27,686 nucleotides of DNA from Utricularia gibba (Eukaryota; Plantae; Magnoliophyta). Within the stretch, counting starts at the first letter, position 1, and the number at the start of each line of letters is the position of its first letter. The stretch is from NCBI GenBank assembly GCA_002189035.1, contig NEEC01000462.1, forward strand, positions 1 through 27,686. The letters are read 5' to 3'. The notes beneath the pieces are model-generated. The model did no database searches. It had not been told where the DNA came from and saw nothing but the letters and a program-made list of their open reading frames with translations. Position numbers and translations under genes: made by a program. This document shows, piece after piece, positions 12,140 through 24,794 of this stretch.

Positions 12140-15100
12140 AATCCTAACTTCAATAACTGCATCACGATTTTCGTCGAGTAGGACCCGATGTGGCAAAGGA
12201 GTCAGACCGAACCTTGGGTCAGAACGAAGTTCAAACGACATCACCCGCCCAAAACGACAAGCTTTTCCTTGAGAAAACAATGTAGGCAGCTATTAAAACC
12301 CAACGTTAATAAATGCATCAAGTTTTTTGCCGAGCTACAAATGACTATGGGCCCGAGCTCGACTCGACCTCCTGCTCGATACCGTTGCCCCACGAGAGCG
12401 CCTCCTCAAATATAAAGCATGCGGTTGAGAAAACCATTTTGGGTGCTCATGAATCCTAACTTCAATAACTGCATCACGATTTTCGTCGAGTAGGACCGAT
12501 GTGGCAAAGGAGTCAGACAGAACCTTGGTCCGAACGAAGTTCCCAACGACATCACCCGCCCAGAAACGACAAGCTTTTCCTTGAGAAACTATGTAGGCAG
12601 CCTAATAAAGCCAACGTTAATAAATGCATCAATTTTTTTTGCCGGGCTACAAATGACTCTGGGCCCGAGCTCGACTCGACCTCCTACTCGATACCGTTGC
12701 CCCACGAGAGTGCCTTATCAAATATAAAGCATGCGGTTGAGAAACCATTTTGGGTGCTCATGATCCTAACTTCAATAACTGCATCACGATTTTCGTCGAG
12801 TAGGACCCGATGTGGCAAAGGAGTCAGACCGAACCTATGGTCAGAACGAAGTTCCAAAAGACATCACCCGCCAGAAACGACAAGCTTTTCCTTGAGAAAC
12901 ATAGGCAGCCTAAAAACCAACGTTAATAAATGCATCAATTTTTTTGCCGGGCTACAAATGACTCTGGCCGAGCTCGACTCGACCTCCTGCTCGATACCGT
13001 TGCCCCACGAGAGCGCCTTATCAAATATAAAGCATGCGGTTGAGAAAACCATTTTGGGTGCTCATGAATCCTAACTTCAATAACTGCATCACGATTTTCG
13101 TCGAGTAGGACCAGATTTGGCAAAGGAGACAGACCGAACCTTGGGTCAGAACGAAGTTCACAACGACATCACCCGCCCAAAAACGACAAGCTTTTCCTTG
13201 AGAAAACCATTGAGGCAGCCTATTAAAACCAACCGTTAATAAATGCATCAAGTTTTTTGCCGAGCTACAAATGACTATGGGCCCGAGCTCGACTCGACCT
13301 CCTACTCGATACCGTTGCCCCACGAGAGCCCTTATCAAATATAAAGCATGCGGTTGAGAAAACCATTTTGGGTGCTCATGAAATCCTAACTTCAATAACT
13401 GCATCACGATTTTCGTCGAGTAGGACCCGATGTGGCAAAGGAGTCAGACCGAACCTTGGTCAGAACGAAGTTCACAACGACATCACCCGCCCAAAAACGA
13501 CAAGCTTTTCCTTGAGAAAACAATGTAGGGCCTATTAAAACCCAACGTTAATAATGCATCAAGTTTTTTGCCGAGCTACAAATGACTATGGGCCCGAGCT
13601 CGACTCGACCTCCTGCTCGATACCGTTGCCCCACGAGAGCGCCTCCTCAAATATAAAGCATGCGGTTGAGAAAACCATTTTGGGTGCTCATGACATCCTA
13701 ACTTCAATAACTGCATCACGATTTTCGTCGAGTAGGACCCGATGTGGCAAAGGAGTCAGACAGAACCTTGGTCAGAACGAAGTTCCCAACGACATCACCC
13801 GCCAGAAACGACAGCTTTTCCTTGAGAAACTATGTAGGCAGCCTAATAAAACCGAACGTTAATAAATGCATCAATTTTTTTTGCCGGGCTACAAATGACT
13901 CTGGGCCGAGCTCGACTCGACCTCCTGCTCGATACCGTTGCCCCACGAGAGTGCCTTATCAAATATAAAGCATGCGGTTGAGAAAACCATTTTGGGTGCT
14001 CATGAATCCTAACTTCAATAACTGCATCACGATTTTCGTCGAGTAGGACCCGATGTGGCAAAGGAGTCAGACCGAACCTTGGGTCAGAACGAAAGTTCAC
14101 AACGACATCACCCGCCCAAAACGACAAGCTTTTCCTTGAGAAAACAATGTAGGCAGCTATTAAAACCCAACGTTAATAAAATGCATCAAGTTTTTTGCCG
14201 AGCTACAAATGACTATGGGCTCGACTCGACCTCCTGCTCGATACCGTTGCCCCACGAGAGCGCCTCCTCAAATATAAAGCATGCGGTTGAGAAAACCATT
14301 TTGGTGCTCATGACATCCTAACTTCAATAACTGCATCACGATTTTCGTCGAGTAGGACCCGATGTGGCAAAGGAGTCAGACAGAACCTTGGGTCAGAACG
14401 AAGTTCCCAACGACATCACCCGCCAGAAACGACAAGCTTTTCCTTGAGAAACTATGTAGGCAGCCTAATAAGCCGAACGTTAATAAATGCATCAATTTTT
14501 TGCGGGCTACAAATGACTCTGGGCCCGAGCTCGACTCGACCTCCTGCTCGATACCGTTGCCCCACGAGAGCGCCTCCTCAAATATAAAGCATGCGGTTGA
14601 GAAAACCATTTTGGGTGCTCATGAAATCCTAACTTCAATAACTGCATCACGATTTTCGTCGAGTAGGACCAGATTTGGCAAAGGAGACAGACCGAACCTT
14701 GGGTCAGAACGAAGTTCACAACGAAATCACCCGCCCAAAAACGACAAGCTTTTCCTTGAGAAAACAATGTAGGCAGCTATTAAAACCAACGTTAATAATG
14801 CATCAAGTTTTTTGCCGAGCTACAAATGACTATGGGCCCGAGCTCGACTCGACCTCCTGCTCGATACCGTTGCCCCACGAGAGCACCTTATCAAATATAA
14901 AGCATGCGGTTGAGAAAACCATTTTGGGTGCTCATGAATCCTAACTTCAATAACTGCATCACGATTTTCGTCGAGTAGGACCCGATGTGGCAAAGGAGTC
15001 AGACCGAACCTTGGGTCAGAACGAAGTTCCAACGACATCACCCGCAGAAACGACAAGCTTTTCCTTGAGAAAATGTAGGCAGCCTAATAAACCAACGTTA

Positions 15101-18100
15101 ATAAATGCATCAATTTTTTTGCCGGGCTACAAATGACTCTGGGCCGAGCTCGACTCGACCTCCTGCTCGATACCGTTGCCCCACGAGAGCGCCTTATCAA
15201 ATATAAAGCATGCGGTTGAGAAAACCATTTTGGGTGCTCATGAATCCTAACTTCAATAACTGCATCACGATTTTCGTCGAGTAGGACCCGATGTGGCAAA
15301 GGAGTCAGACCGAACCTTGGTCAGAACGAAGTTCCAACGACATCACCCGCCCAGAAACGACAAGCTTTTCCTTGAGAAACTATGTAGGCAGCCTATAAAC
15401 CGAACGTTAATAAATGCATCAATTTTTTTGCCGGGCTACAAATGACTCTGGGCCGAGCTCGACTCGACCTCCTGCTCGATACCGTTGCCCCACGAGAGCC
15501 TCCTCAAATATAAAGCATGCGGTTGAGAAAACCATTTTGGGTGCTCATGAAATCCTAACTTCAATAACTGCATCACGATTTTCGTCGAGTAGGACCCGAT
15601 TTGGCAAAGGAGTCAGACCGAACCTTGGGTCAGAACGAAGTTCACAACGACATCACCGCCCAAAAACGACAAGCTTTTCCTTGAGAAAACCATGTAGGCA
15701 GCCTATTAAAACCAACCGTTAATAAATGCATCAAGTTTTTTGCCGAGCTACAAATGACTATGGCCCGAGCTCGACTCGACCTCCTACTCGATACCGTTGC
15801 CCCACGAGAGCACCTTATCAAATATAAAGCATGCGGTTGAGAAAACCATTTTGGGTGCTCATGACATCCTAACTTCAATAACTGCATCACGATTTTCGTC
15901 GAGTAGGACCCGATGTGGCAAAGGAGTCAGACCGAACCTTGGGTCAGAACGAAGTTCACAACGACATCACCCGCCCAAAACGACAAGCTTTTCCTTGAGA
16001 AAACAATGTAGGCGTTCTATTAAAACCCAACGTTAATTAATGCATCAAGTTTTTTGCCGAGCTACAAATGACTATGGGCCCGAGCTCGACTCGACCTCCT
16101 GCTCGATACCGTTGCCCCACGAGAGCGCCTCCTCAAATATAAAGCATGCGGTTGAGAAAACCATTTGGGTGCTCATGACATCCTAACTTCAATAACTGCA
16201 TCACGATTTTCGTCGAGTAGGACCCGATGTGGCAAAGGAGTCAGACCGAACCTTGGTCAGAACGAAGTTCCAAAAGACATCACCCGCCCAGAAACGACAA
16301 GCTTTTCCTTGAGAAACTATGTAGGCAGCCTATTAAAACCCAACGTTAATAAATGCATCGACTCGACCTCCTACTCGATACCGTTGCCCCACGAGAGCGC
16401 CTTATCAAATATAAAGCATGCGGTTGAGAAAACCATTTTGGGTGCTCATGAAATCCTAACTTCAATAACTGCATCACGATTTTCGTCGAGTAGGACCGAT
16501 GTGGCAAAGGAGTCAGACCGAACCTTGGTCAGAACGAAGTTCACAACGACATCACCCGCCCAAAAACGACAAGCTTTTCCTTGAGAAAACATGTAGGCAG
16601 CCTATTAAAACCCAACGTTAATAAATGCATCAAGTTTTTTGCCGAGCTACAAATGACTATGGGCCCGAGCTCGACTCGACCTCCTGCTCGATACCGTTGC
16701 CCCACGAGAGCGCCTCCTCAAATATAAAGCATGCGGTTGAGAAAACCATTTTGGGTGCTCATGAATCCTAACTTCAATAACTGCATCACGATTTTCGTCG
16801 AGTAGGACCCGATGTGGCAAAGGAGTCAGACGAACCTTGGTCGAACGAAGTTCCCAACGACATCACCCGCCAGAAACGACAAGCTTTTCCTTGAGAAACA
16901 TGTAGGCAGCCTATTAAACCAACGTTAATAAATGCATCAATTTTTTGCCGGGCTACAAATGACTCTGGGCCCGAGCTCGACTCGACCTCCTGCTCGATAC
17001 CGTTGCCCCACGAGAGCGCCTTATCAAATATAAAGCATGCGGTTGAGAAAACCATTTTGGGTGCTCATGAAATCCTAACTTCAATAACTGCATCACGATT
17101 TTCGTCGAGTAGGACCCGATGTGGCAAAGGAGTCAGACCGAACCTTGGGTCAGAACGAAGTTCACAACGACATCACCCGCCCAAAACGACAAGCTTTTCC
17201 TTGAGAAACATGTAGGCAGCCTATTAAAACCCAACGTTAATAAATGCATCAAGTTTTTTGCCGAGCTACAAATGACTATGGGCCGACTCGACCTCCTGCT
17301 CGATACCGTTGCCCCACGAGAGCCTCCTCAAATATAAAGCATGCGGTTGAGAAAACCATTTTGGGTGCTCATGAATCCTAACTTCAATAACTGCATCACG
17401 ATTTTCGTCGAGTAGGACCCGATGTGGCAAAGGAGTCAGACGAACCTTGGTCAGAACGAAGTTCCCAACGACATCACCCGCCAGAAACGACAAGCTTTTC
17501 CTTGAGAAACTATGTAGGCAGCCTAATAAAACCAACGTTAATAAATGCATCAATTTTTTTGCCGGCTACAAATGACTCTGGGCCCGAGCTCGACTCGACC
17601 TCCTGCTCGATACCGTTGCCCCACGAGAGCGCCTATCAAATATAAAGCATGCGGTTGAGAAAACCATTTTGGGTGCTCATGAAATCCTAACTTCAATAAC
17701 TGCATCACGATTTTCGTCGAGTAGGACCGATGTGGCAAAGGAGTCAGACCGAACCTTGGGTCAGAACGAAGTTCCAACGACATCACCCGCCCAAAAACGA
17801 CAAGCTTTTCCTTGAGAAAACATGTAGGCAGCCTATTAAAACCAACGTTAATAAATGCATCAAGTTTTTTGCCGAGCTACAAATGACTATGGGCCCGAGC
17901 TCGACTCGACCTCCTGCTCGATACCGTTGCCCCACGAGAGCGCCTTATCAAATATAAAGCATGCGGTTGAGAAAACCATTTTGGGTGCTCATGAATCCTA
18001 ACTTCAATAACTGCATCACGATTTTCGTCGAGTAGGACCCGATGTGGCAAAGGAGTCAGACGAACCTTGGTCAGAACGAAGTTCAACGACATCACCCGCC

Positions 18101-18297
18101 AAAACGACAAGCTTTTCCTTGAGAAACATGTAGGCAGCCTAATAAACCAACGTTAATAAATGCATCAATTTTTTTGCCGGCTACAAATGACTCTGGGCCC
18201 GAGCTCGACTCGACCTCCTGCTCGATACCGTTGCCCCACGAGAGTGCCTTATCAAATATAAAGCATGCGGTTGAGAAAACCATTTTGGGTGCTCATG
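11519..18297. repeat. Region dominated by B-C alternation (copies 38-59), interrupted by A-like copies (43, 48, 51) and a D-front mosaic (42)
   Basis: Alternation of CAAGTTTT/GCCGAG/GACTATG/(mostly) GCGCCTCCTC copies (B) with CAATTTT/GCCGGG/GACTCTG/CCAGAAA copies (C), e.g. 38B 39C 40B 41C; 44B 45C 46B 47C; 54B 55C 56B 57C 58B 59C. Confidence 0.7.
16179..16451. repeat. Truncated monomer (copy 53, 273 bp) with ~40-bp internal deletion at 16359/16360
   Basis: Reads AAATGCATC|GACTCGACC; the usual AA(G/T)TTTTTTGCCG(A/G)GCTACAAATGACT(A/C)TGGGCCCGAGCTC is absent; 2-bp TC microhomology at the junction. Confidence 0.92.
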
Positions 18298-21200
18298 AAT
18301 CCTAACTTCAATAACTGCATCACGATTTTCGTCGAGTAGGACCCGATGTGGCAAAGGAGTCAGACCGAACCTTGGTCAGAACGAAGTTCCAAACGACATC
18401 ACCCGCCAGAAACGACAAGCTTTTCCTTGAGAAACATGTAGGCAGCCTAATAAACCAACGTTAATAAATGCATCAATTTTTTGCCGGGCTACAAATGACT
18501 CTGGGCCCGAGCTCGACTCGACCTCCTGCTCGATACCGTTGCCCCACTAGAGCGCCTCCTCAAATATAAAGCATGCGGTTGAGAAAACCATTTTGGGTGC
18601 TCATGAAATCCTAACTTCAATAACTGCATCACGATTTTCGTCGAGTAGGACCAGATTTGGCAAAGGAGTCAGACCGAACCTTGGGTCAGAACGAAGTTCA
18701 CAACGACATCACCCGCCCAAAAACGACAAGCTTTTCCTTGAGAAAACCATGTAGGCAGCCTATTAAAACCAACCGTTAATAAATGCATCAAGTTTTTTGC
18801 CGAGCTACAAATGACTATGGGCCCGAGCTCGACTCGACCTCCTGCTCGATACCGTTGCCCCACGAGAGCCTTATCAAATATAAAGCATGCGGTTGAGAAA
18901 ACCATTTTGGGTGCTCATGAATCCTAACTTCAATAACTGCATCACGATTTTCGTCGAGTAGGACCCGATGTGGCAAAGGAGTCAGACCGAACCTTGGGTC
19001 AGAACGAAGTTCCAACGACATCCCGCCCAAAAACGACAAGCTTTTCCTTGAGAAAACATGTAGGCAGCCTATTAAAACCCAACGTTAATAAATGCATCTT
19101 TTTTTGCCGAGCTACAAATGACTATGGGCCCGAGCTCGACTCGACCTCCTGCTCGATACCGTTGCCCCACGAGAGCGCCTTCAAATATAAAGCATGCGGT
19201 TGAGAAAACCATTTTGGGTGCTCATGAATCCTAACTTCAATAACTGCATCACGATTTTCGTCGAGTAGGACCCGATGTGGCAAAGGAGTCAGACCGAACC
19301 TTGGTCAGAACGAAGTTCCAAAAGACATCACCGCCCAAAACGACAAGCTTTTCCTTGAGAAACCATGTAGGCAGCCTATTAAAACCCAACGTTAATAAAT
19401 GCATCAATTTTTTTGCCGGCTACAAATGACTCTGGGCGAGCTCGACTCGACCCTGCTCGATACCGTTGCCCCACGAGAGCGCCTCCTCAAATATAAAGCA
19501 TGCGGTTGAGAAAACCATTTTGGGTGCTCATGAAATCCTAACTTCAATAACTGCATCACGATTTTCGTCGAGTAGGACCCGATGTGGCAAAGGAGTCAGA
19601 CCGAACCTTGGTCAGAACGAAGTTCCAAAAGACATCACCCGCCAAAACGACAAGCTTTTCCTTGAGAAACATGTAGGCAGCCTATTAAACCAACGTTAAT
19701 AAATGCATCAAATTTTTTTGCGGGCTACAAATGACTCTGGGCCGAGCTCGACTCGACCTTTGCTCGATACCGTTGCCCCACGAGAGCGCCTCCTCAAATA
19801 TAAAGCATGCTTGAGAAAACCATTTTGGGTGCTCATGAAATCCTAACTTCAATAACTGCATCACGATTTTCGTCGAGTAGGACCAGATTGGCAAAGGAGA
19901 CAGACCGAACCTTGGGTCAGAACGAAGTTCACAACGACATCACCCGCCAAAAACGACAAGCTTTTCCTTGAGAAAACCATGTAGGCAGCCTATTAAAACC
20001 AACCGTTAATAAATGCATCAAGTTTTTTGCCGAGCTACAAATGACTATGGGCCCGAGCTCGACTCGACCTCCTGCTCGATACCGTTGCCCCACGAGAGCA
20101 CCTTATCAAATATAAAGCATGCGGTTGAGAAAACCATTTTGGGTGCTCATGAATCCTAACTTCAATAACTGCATCACGATTTTCGTCGAGTAGGACCCGA
20201 TGTGGCAAAGGAGTCAGACCGAACCTTGGGTCAGAACGAAGTTCCAACGACATCACCCGCCCAAAAACGACAAGCTTTTCCTTGAGAAAACATGTAGGCA
20301 GCCTATTAAAACCCAACGTTAATAAATGCATCAAGTTTTTTGCCGAGCTACAAATGACTATGGGCCCGAGCTCGACTCGACCTCCTGCTCGATACCGTTG
20401 CCCCACGAGAGCGCCTCCTCAAATATAAAGCATGCGGTTGAGAAAACCATTTTGGGTGCTCATGAATCCTAACTTCAATAACTGCATCACGATTTTCGTC
20501 GAGTAGGACCGATGTGGCAAAGGAGTCAGACGAACCTTGGGTCAGAACGAAGTTCCCAACGACATCACCCGCCAGAAACGACAAGCTTTTCCTTGAGAAA
20601 CTATGTAGGCAGCCTAAAAGCCGAACGTTAATAAATGCATCAATTTTTTGCCGGCTACAAATGACTCTGGGCCGAGCTCGACTCGACCTCCTGCTCGATA
20701 CCGTTGCCCCACGAGAGCGCCTTATCAAATATAAAGCATGCGGTTGAGAAAACCATTTTGGGTGCTCATGAAATCCTAACTTCAATAACTGCATCACGAT
20801 TTTCGTCGAGTAGGACCGATGGCAAAGGACAGACCGAACCTTGGGTCAGAACGAAGTTCACAACGACATCACCGCCCAAAAACGACAAGCTTTTCCTTGA
20901 GAAAACCATGTAGGCAGCCTATTAAAACCAACGTTAATAAATGCATCAAGTTTTTTGCCGAGCTACAAATGACTATGGGCCCGAGCTCGACTCGACCTCC
21001 TGCTCGATACCGTTGCCCCACGAGAGCGCCTTATCAAATATAAAGCATGCGGTTGAGAAAACCATTTTGGGTGCTCATGAATCCTAACTTCAATAACTGC
21101 ATCACGATTTTCGTCGAGTAGGACCCGATGTGGCAAAGGAGTCAGACCGAACCTTGGGTCAGAACGAAGTTCCAACGACATCACCCGCCCAAAAACGACA

Positions 21201-23554
21201 AGCTTTTCCTTGAGAAAACATGTAGGCAGCCTATTAAAACCAACGTTAATAAATGCATCAAGTTTTTTGCCGAGCTACAAATGACTATGGGCCCGAGCTC
21301 GACTCGACCTCCTGCTCGATACCGTTGCCCCACGAGAGCGCCTATCAAATATAAAGCATGCGGTTGAGAAAACCATTTTGGGTGCTCATGACATCCTAAC
21401 TTCAATAACTGCATCACGATTTTCGTCGAGTAGGACCCGATGTGGCAAAGGAGTCAGACGAACCTTGGGTCAGAACGAAGTTCCCAACGACATCACCCGC
21501 CAAAACGACAAGCTTTTCCTTGAGAAACATGTAGGCAGCCTAATAAACCAACGTTAATAAATGCATCAATTTTTTGCCGGCTACAAATGACTATGGGCCG
21601 AGCTCGACTCGACCTCCTGCTCGATACCGTTGCCCCACGAGAGCGCCTTATCAAATATAAAGCATGCGGTTGAGAAAACCATTTTGGGTGCTCATGAATC
21701 CTAACTTCAATAACTGCATCACGATTTTCGTCGAGTAGGACCCGATGTGGCAAAGGAGTCAGACCGAACCTTGGTCAGAACGAAGTTCCAACGACATCAC
21801 CCGCCCAAAAACGACAAGCTTTTCCTTGAGAAAACATGTAGGCAGCCTATTAAAACCCAACGTTAATAAATGCATCAAGTTTTTTGCCGAGCTACAAATG
21901 ACTATGGGCCCGAGCTCGACTCGACCTCCTGCTCGATACCGTTGCCCCACGAGAGCGCCTCCTCAAATATAAAGCATGCGGTTGAGAAAACCATTTTGGT
22001 GCTCATGAAATCCTAACTTCAATAACTGCATCACGATTTTCGTCGAGTAGGACCGATGTGGCAAAGGAGTCAGACCGAACCTTGGGTCAGAACGAAGTTC
22101 CAACGACATCACCCGCCCAAAACGACAAGCTTTTCCTTGAGAAAACCATGTAGGCAGCCTATTAAAACCAACGTTAATAAATGCATCAAGTTTTTTGCCG
22201 AGCTACAAATGACTATGGGCCCGAGCTCGACTCGACCTCCTGCTCGATACCGTTGCCCACGAGAGCGCCTCCTCAAATATAAAGCATGCGGTTGAGAAAA
22301 CCATTTTGGGTGCTCATGAAATCCTAACTTCAATAACTGCATCACGATTTTCGTCGAGTAGGACCCGATTGGCAAAGGAGTCAGACGAACCTTGGGTCAG
22401 AACGAAGTTCCCAACGACATCACCCGCCCAGAAACGACAAGCTTTTCCTTGAGAAACATGTAGGCAGCCTATTAACCAACGTTAATAAATGCATCAATTT
22501 TTTTGCCGGGCTACAAATGACTCTGGGCCCGAGCTCGACTCGACCTCCTGCTCGATACCGTTGCCCCACGAGAGCGCCTCAAATATAAAGCATGCGGTTG
22601 AGAAAACCATTTTGGGTGCTCATGAATCCTAACTTCAATAACTGCATCACGATTTTCGTCGAGTAGGACCCGATGTGGCAAAGGAGTCAGACCGAACCTT
22701 GGGTCAGAACGAAGTTCCCAACGACATCACCCGCCAAAACGACAAGCTTTTCCTTGAGAAACATGTAGGCAGCCTAATAAACCAACGTTAATAAATGCAT
22801 CAATTTTTTGCCGGGCTACAAATGACTCTGGGCCCGAGCTCGACTCGACCTCCTGCTCGATACCGTTGCCCCACGAGAGCGCCTCCTCAAATATAAAGCA
22901 TGCGGTTGAGAAAACCATTTTGGGTGCTCATGAAATCCTAACTTCAATAACTGCATCACGATTTTCGTCGAGAGTAGGACCGATTGGCAAAGGAGTCAGA
23001 CCGAACCTTGGGTCAGAACGAAGTTCACAACGACATCACCCGCCCAAAAACGACAAGCTTTTCCTTGAGAAACCTAGGCAGCCTATTAAAACCAACGTTA
23101 ATAAATGCATCAAGTTTTTTGCCGAGCTACAAATGACTATGGGCCCGAGCTCGACTCGACCTCCTGCTCGATACCGTTGCCCCACGAGAGCGCCTTATCA
23201 ATATAAAGCATGCGGTTGAGAAAACCATTTTGGGTGCTCATGAATCCTAACTTCAATAACTGCATCACGATTTTCGTCGAGTAGGACCCGATGTGGCAAA
23301 GGAGTCAGACCGAACCTTGGGTCAGAACGAAGTTCACAACGACATCACCCGCCCAAAAACGACAAGCTTTTCCTTGAGAAAACATGTAGGCAGCCTATTA
23401 AAACCAACGTTAATAAATGCATCAAGTTTTTTGCCGAGCTACAAATGACTATGGGCCCGAGCTCGACTCGACCTCCTGCTCGATACCGTTGCCCCACGAG
23501 AGCGCCTATCAAATATAAAGCATGCGGTTGAGAAAACCATTTTGGGTGCTCATG

Positions 23555-23861
23555 AATCCTAACTTCAATAACTGCATCACGATTTTCGTCGAGTAGGACC
23601 CGATGTGGCAAAGGAGTCAGACCGAACCTTGGTCAGAACGAAGTTCCAAAAGACATCACCCGCCAGAAACGACAAGCTTTTCCTTGAGAAACCATGTAGG
23701 CAGCCTATTAAAACCCAACGTTAATAAATGCATCAATTTTTTGCCGGCTAAAAATGACTCTGGGAGCGAGCTCGACTCGACCTTTGCTCGATACCGTGCC
23801 CCACGAGAGCGCCTCCTCAAATATAAAGCATGCGATTGAAAACCATTTTGGGTGCTCATGA
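23555..23861. repeat. Isolated D-type monomer (copy 77) in the distal B/C-rich domain, followed by an A-type copy
   Basis: Carries CCAAAAGAC, GGCTAAAAATG, GGGAGCGAG, CCTTTG, CCGTGCCCC, GCGATTG; next copy (23862) has GGAGACAG and CATTTAGG. Confidence 0.8.
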
Positions 23862-24481
23862 AATCCTAACTTCAATAACTGCATCACGATTTTCGTCGAG
23901 TAGGACCGATTTGGCAAAGGAGACAGACCGAACCTTGGTCAGAACGAAGTTCACAACGACATCACCCGCCCAAAAACGACAAGCTTTTCCTTGAGAAAAC
24001 ATTTAGGCAGCCTATTAAAACCAACGTTAATAAATGCATCAAGTTTTTTGCCGAGCTACAAATGACTATGGGCCCGAGCTCGACTCGACCTCCTGCTCGA
24101 TACCGTTGCCCCACGAGAGCGCCTATCAAATATAAAGCATGCGGTTGAGAAAACCATTTTGGGTGCTCATGAATCCTAACTTCAATAACTGCATCACGAT
24201 TTTCGTCGAGTAGGACCCGATGTGGCAAAGGAGTCAGACGAACCTTGGGTCAGAACGAAGTTCCCAACGACATCACCCGCCAGAAACGACAAGCTTTTCC
24301 TTGAGAAACTATGTAGGCAGCCTAATAAACCAACGTTAATAAATGCATCAATTTTTTTGCCGGGCTACAAATGACTCTGGGCCCGAGCTCGACTCGACCT
24401 CCTGCTCGATACCGTTGCCCCACGAGAGCGCCTCCTCAAATATAAAGCATGCGGTTGAGAAAACCATTTTGGGTGCTCATG

Positions 24482-24794
24482 AATCCTAACTTCAATAACT
24501 GCATCACGATTTTCGTCGAGTAGGACCCGATGTGGCAAAGGAGTCAGACCGAACCTTGGGTCAGAACGAAGTTCACAACGACATCACCCGCCCAAAAACG
24601 ACAAGCTTTTCCTTGAGAAACCATGTAGGCAGCCTATTAAAACCAACGTTAATAAATGCATCAAGTTTTTTGCCGAGCTACAAATGACTATGGGCCCGAG
24701 CTCGACTCGACCTCCTGCTCGATACCGTTGCCCCACGAGAGCGCCTTATCAAATATAAAGCATGCGGTTGAGAAAACCATTTTGGGTGCTCATG
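24482..24794. repeat. Representative monomer (copy 80, 313 bp) made of two diverged ~156-bp subunits (24482-24638 and 24639-24794)
   Basis: Ungapped alignment of 24482-24520 (AATCCTAACTTCAATAACTGCATCACGATTTTCGTCGAG) with 24639-24677 (AAAACCAACGTTAATAAATGCATCAAGTTTTTTGCCGAG) gives 29/39 identities; both halves end with TTGAGAAA(A)CCAT followed by GTAGG or TTTGG. Hand count: C=82, G=65, 19 CpG. Confidence 0.93.

Noticed and set aside
24531-24575. tRNA/Pol III A-box and B-box resemblance (TGGCAAAGGAG ... GGTCAGAACG)
   Set aside because: Several mismatches to both consensus boxes and no cloverleaf or 5S-like structure; no support for a tRNA, SINE or 5S origin.
24511-24580. CENP-B-box-like strings (TTTCGTCGAGTAGGACC; GTTCCAACGA in some copies)
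   Set aside because: Only TTCG or TTCCAACGA match; the required A and CGGG (CCCG on the other strand) positions of the 17-bp box are absent.
24590-24790. Telomere-like TTTAGG/TTTTGGG words and 7-bp inverted matches (CCCAAAA/TTTTGGG; GTCGAGT/ACTCGAC)
   Set aside because: Single short words expected by chance; no telomere tract or long stem.
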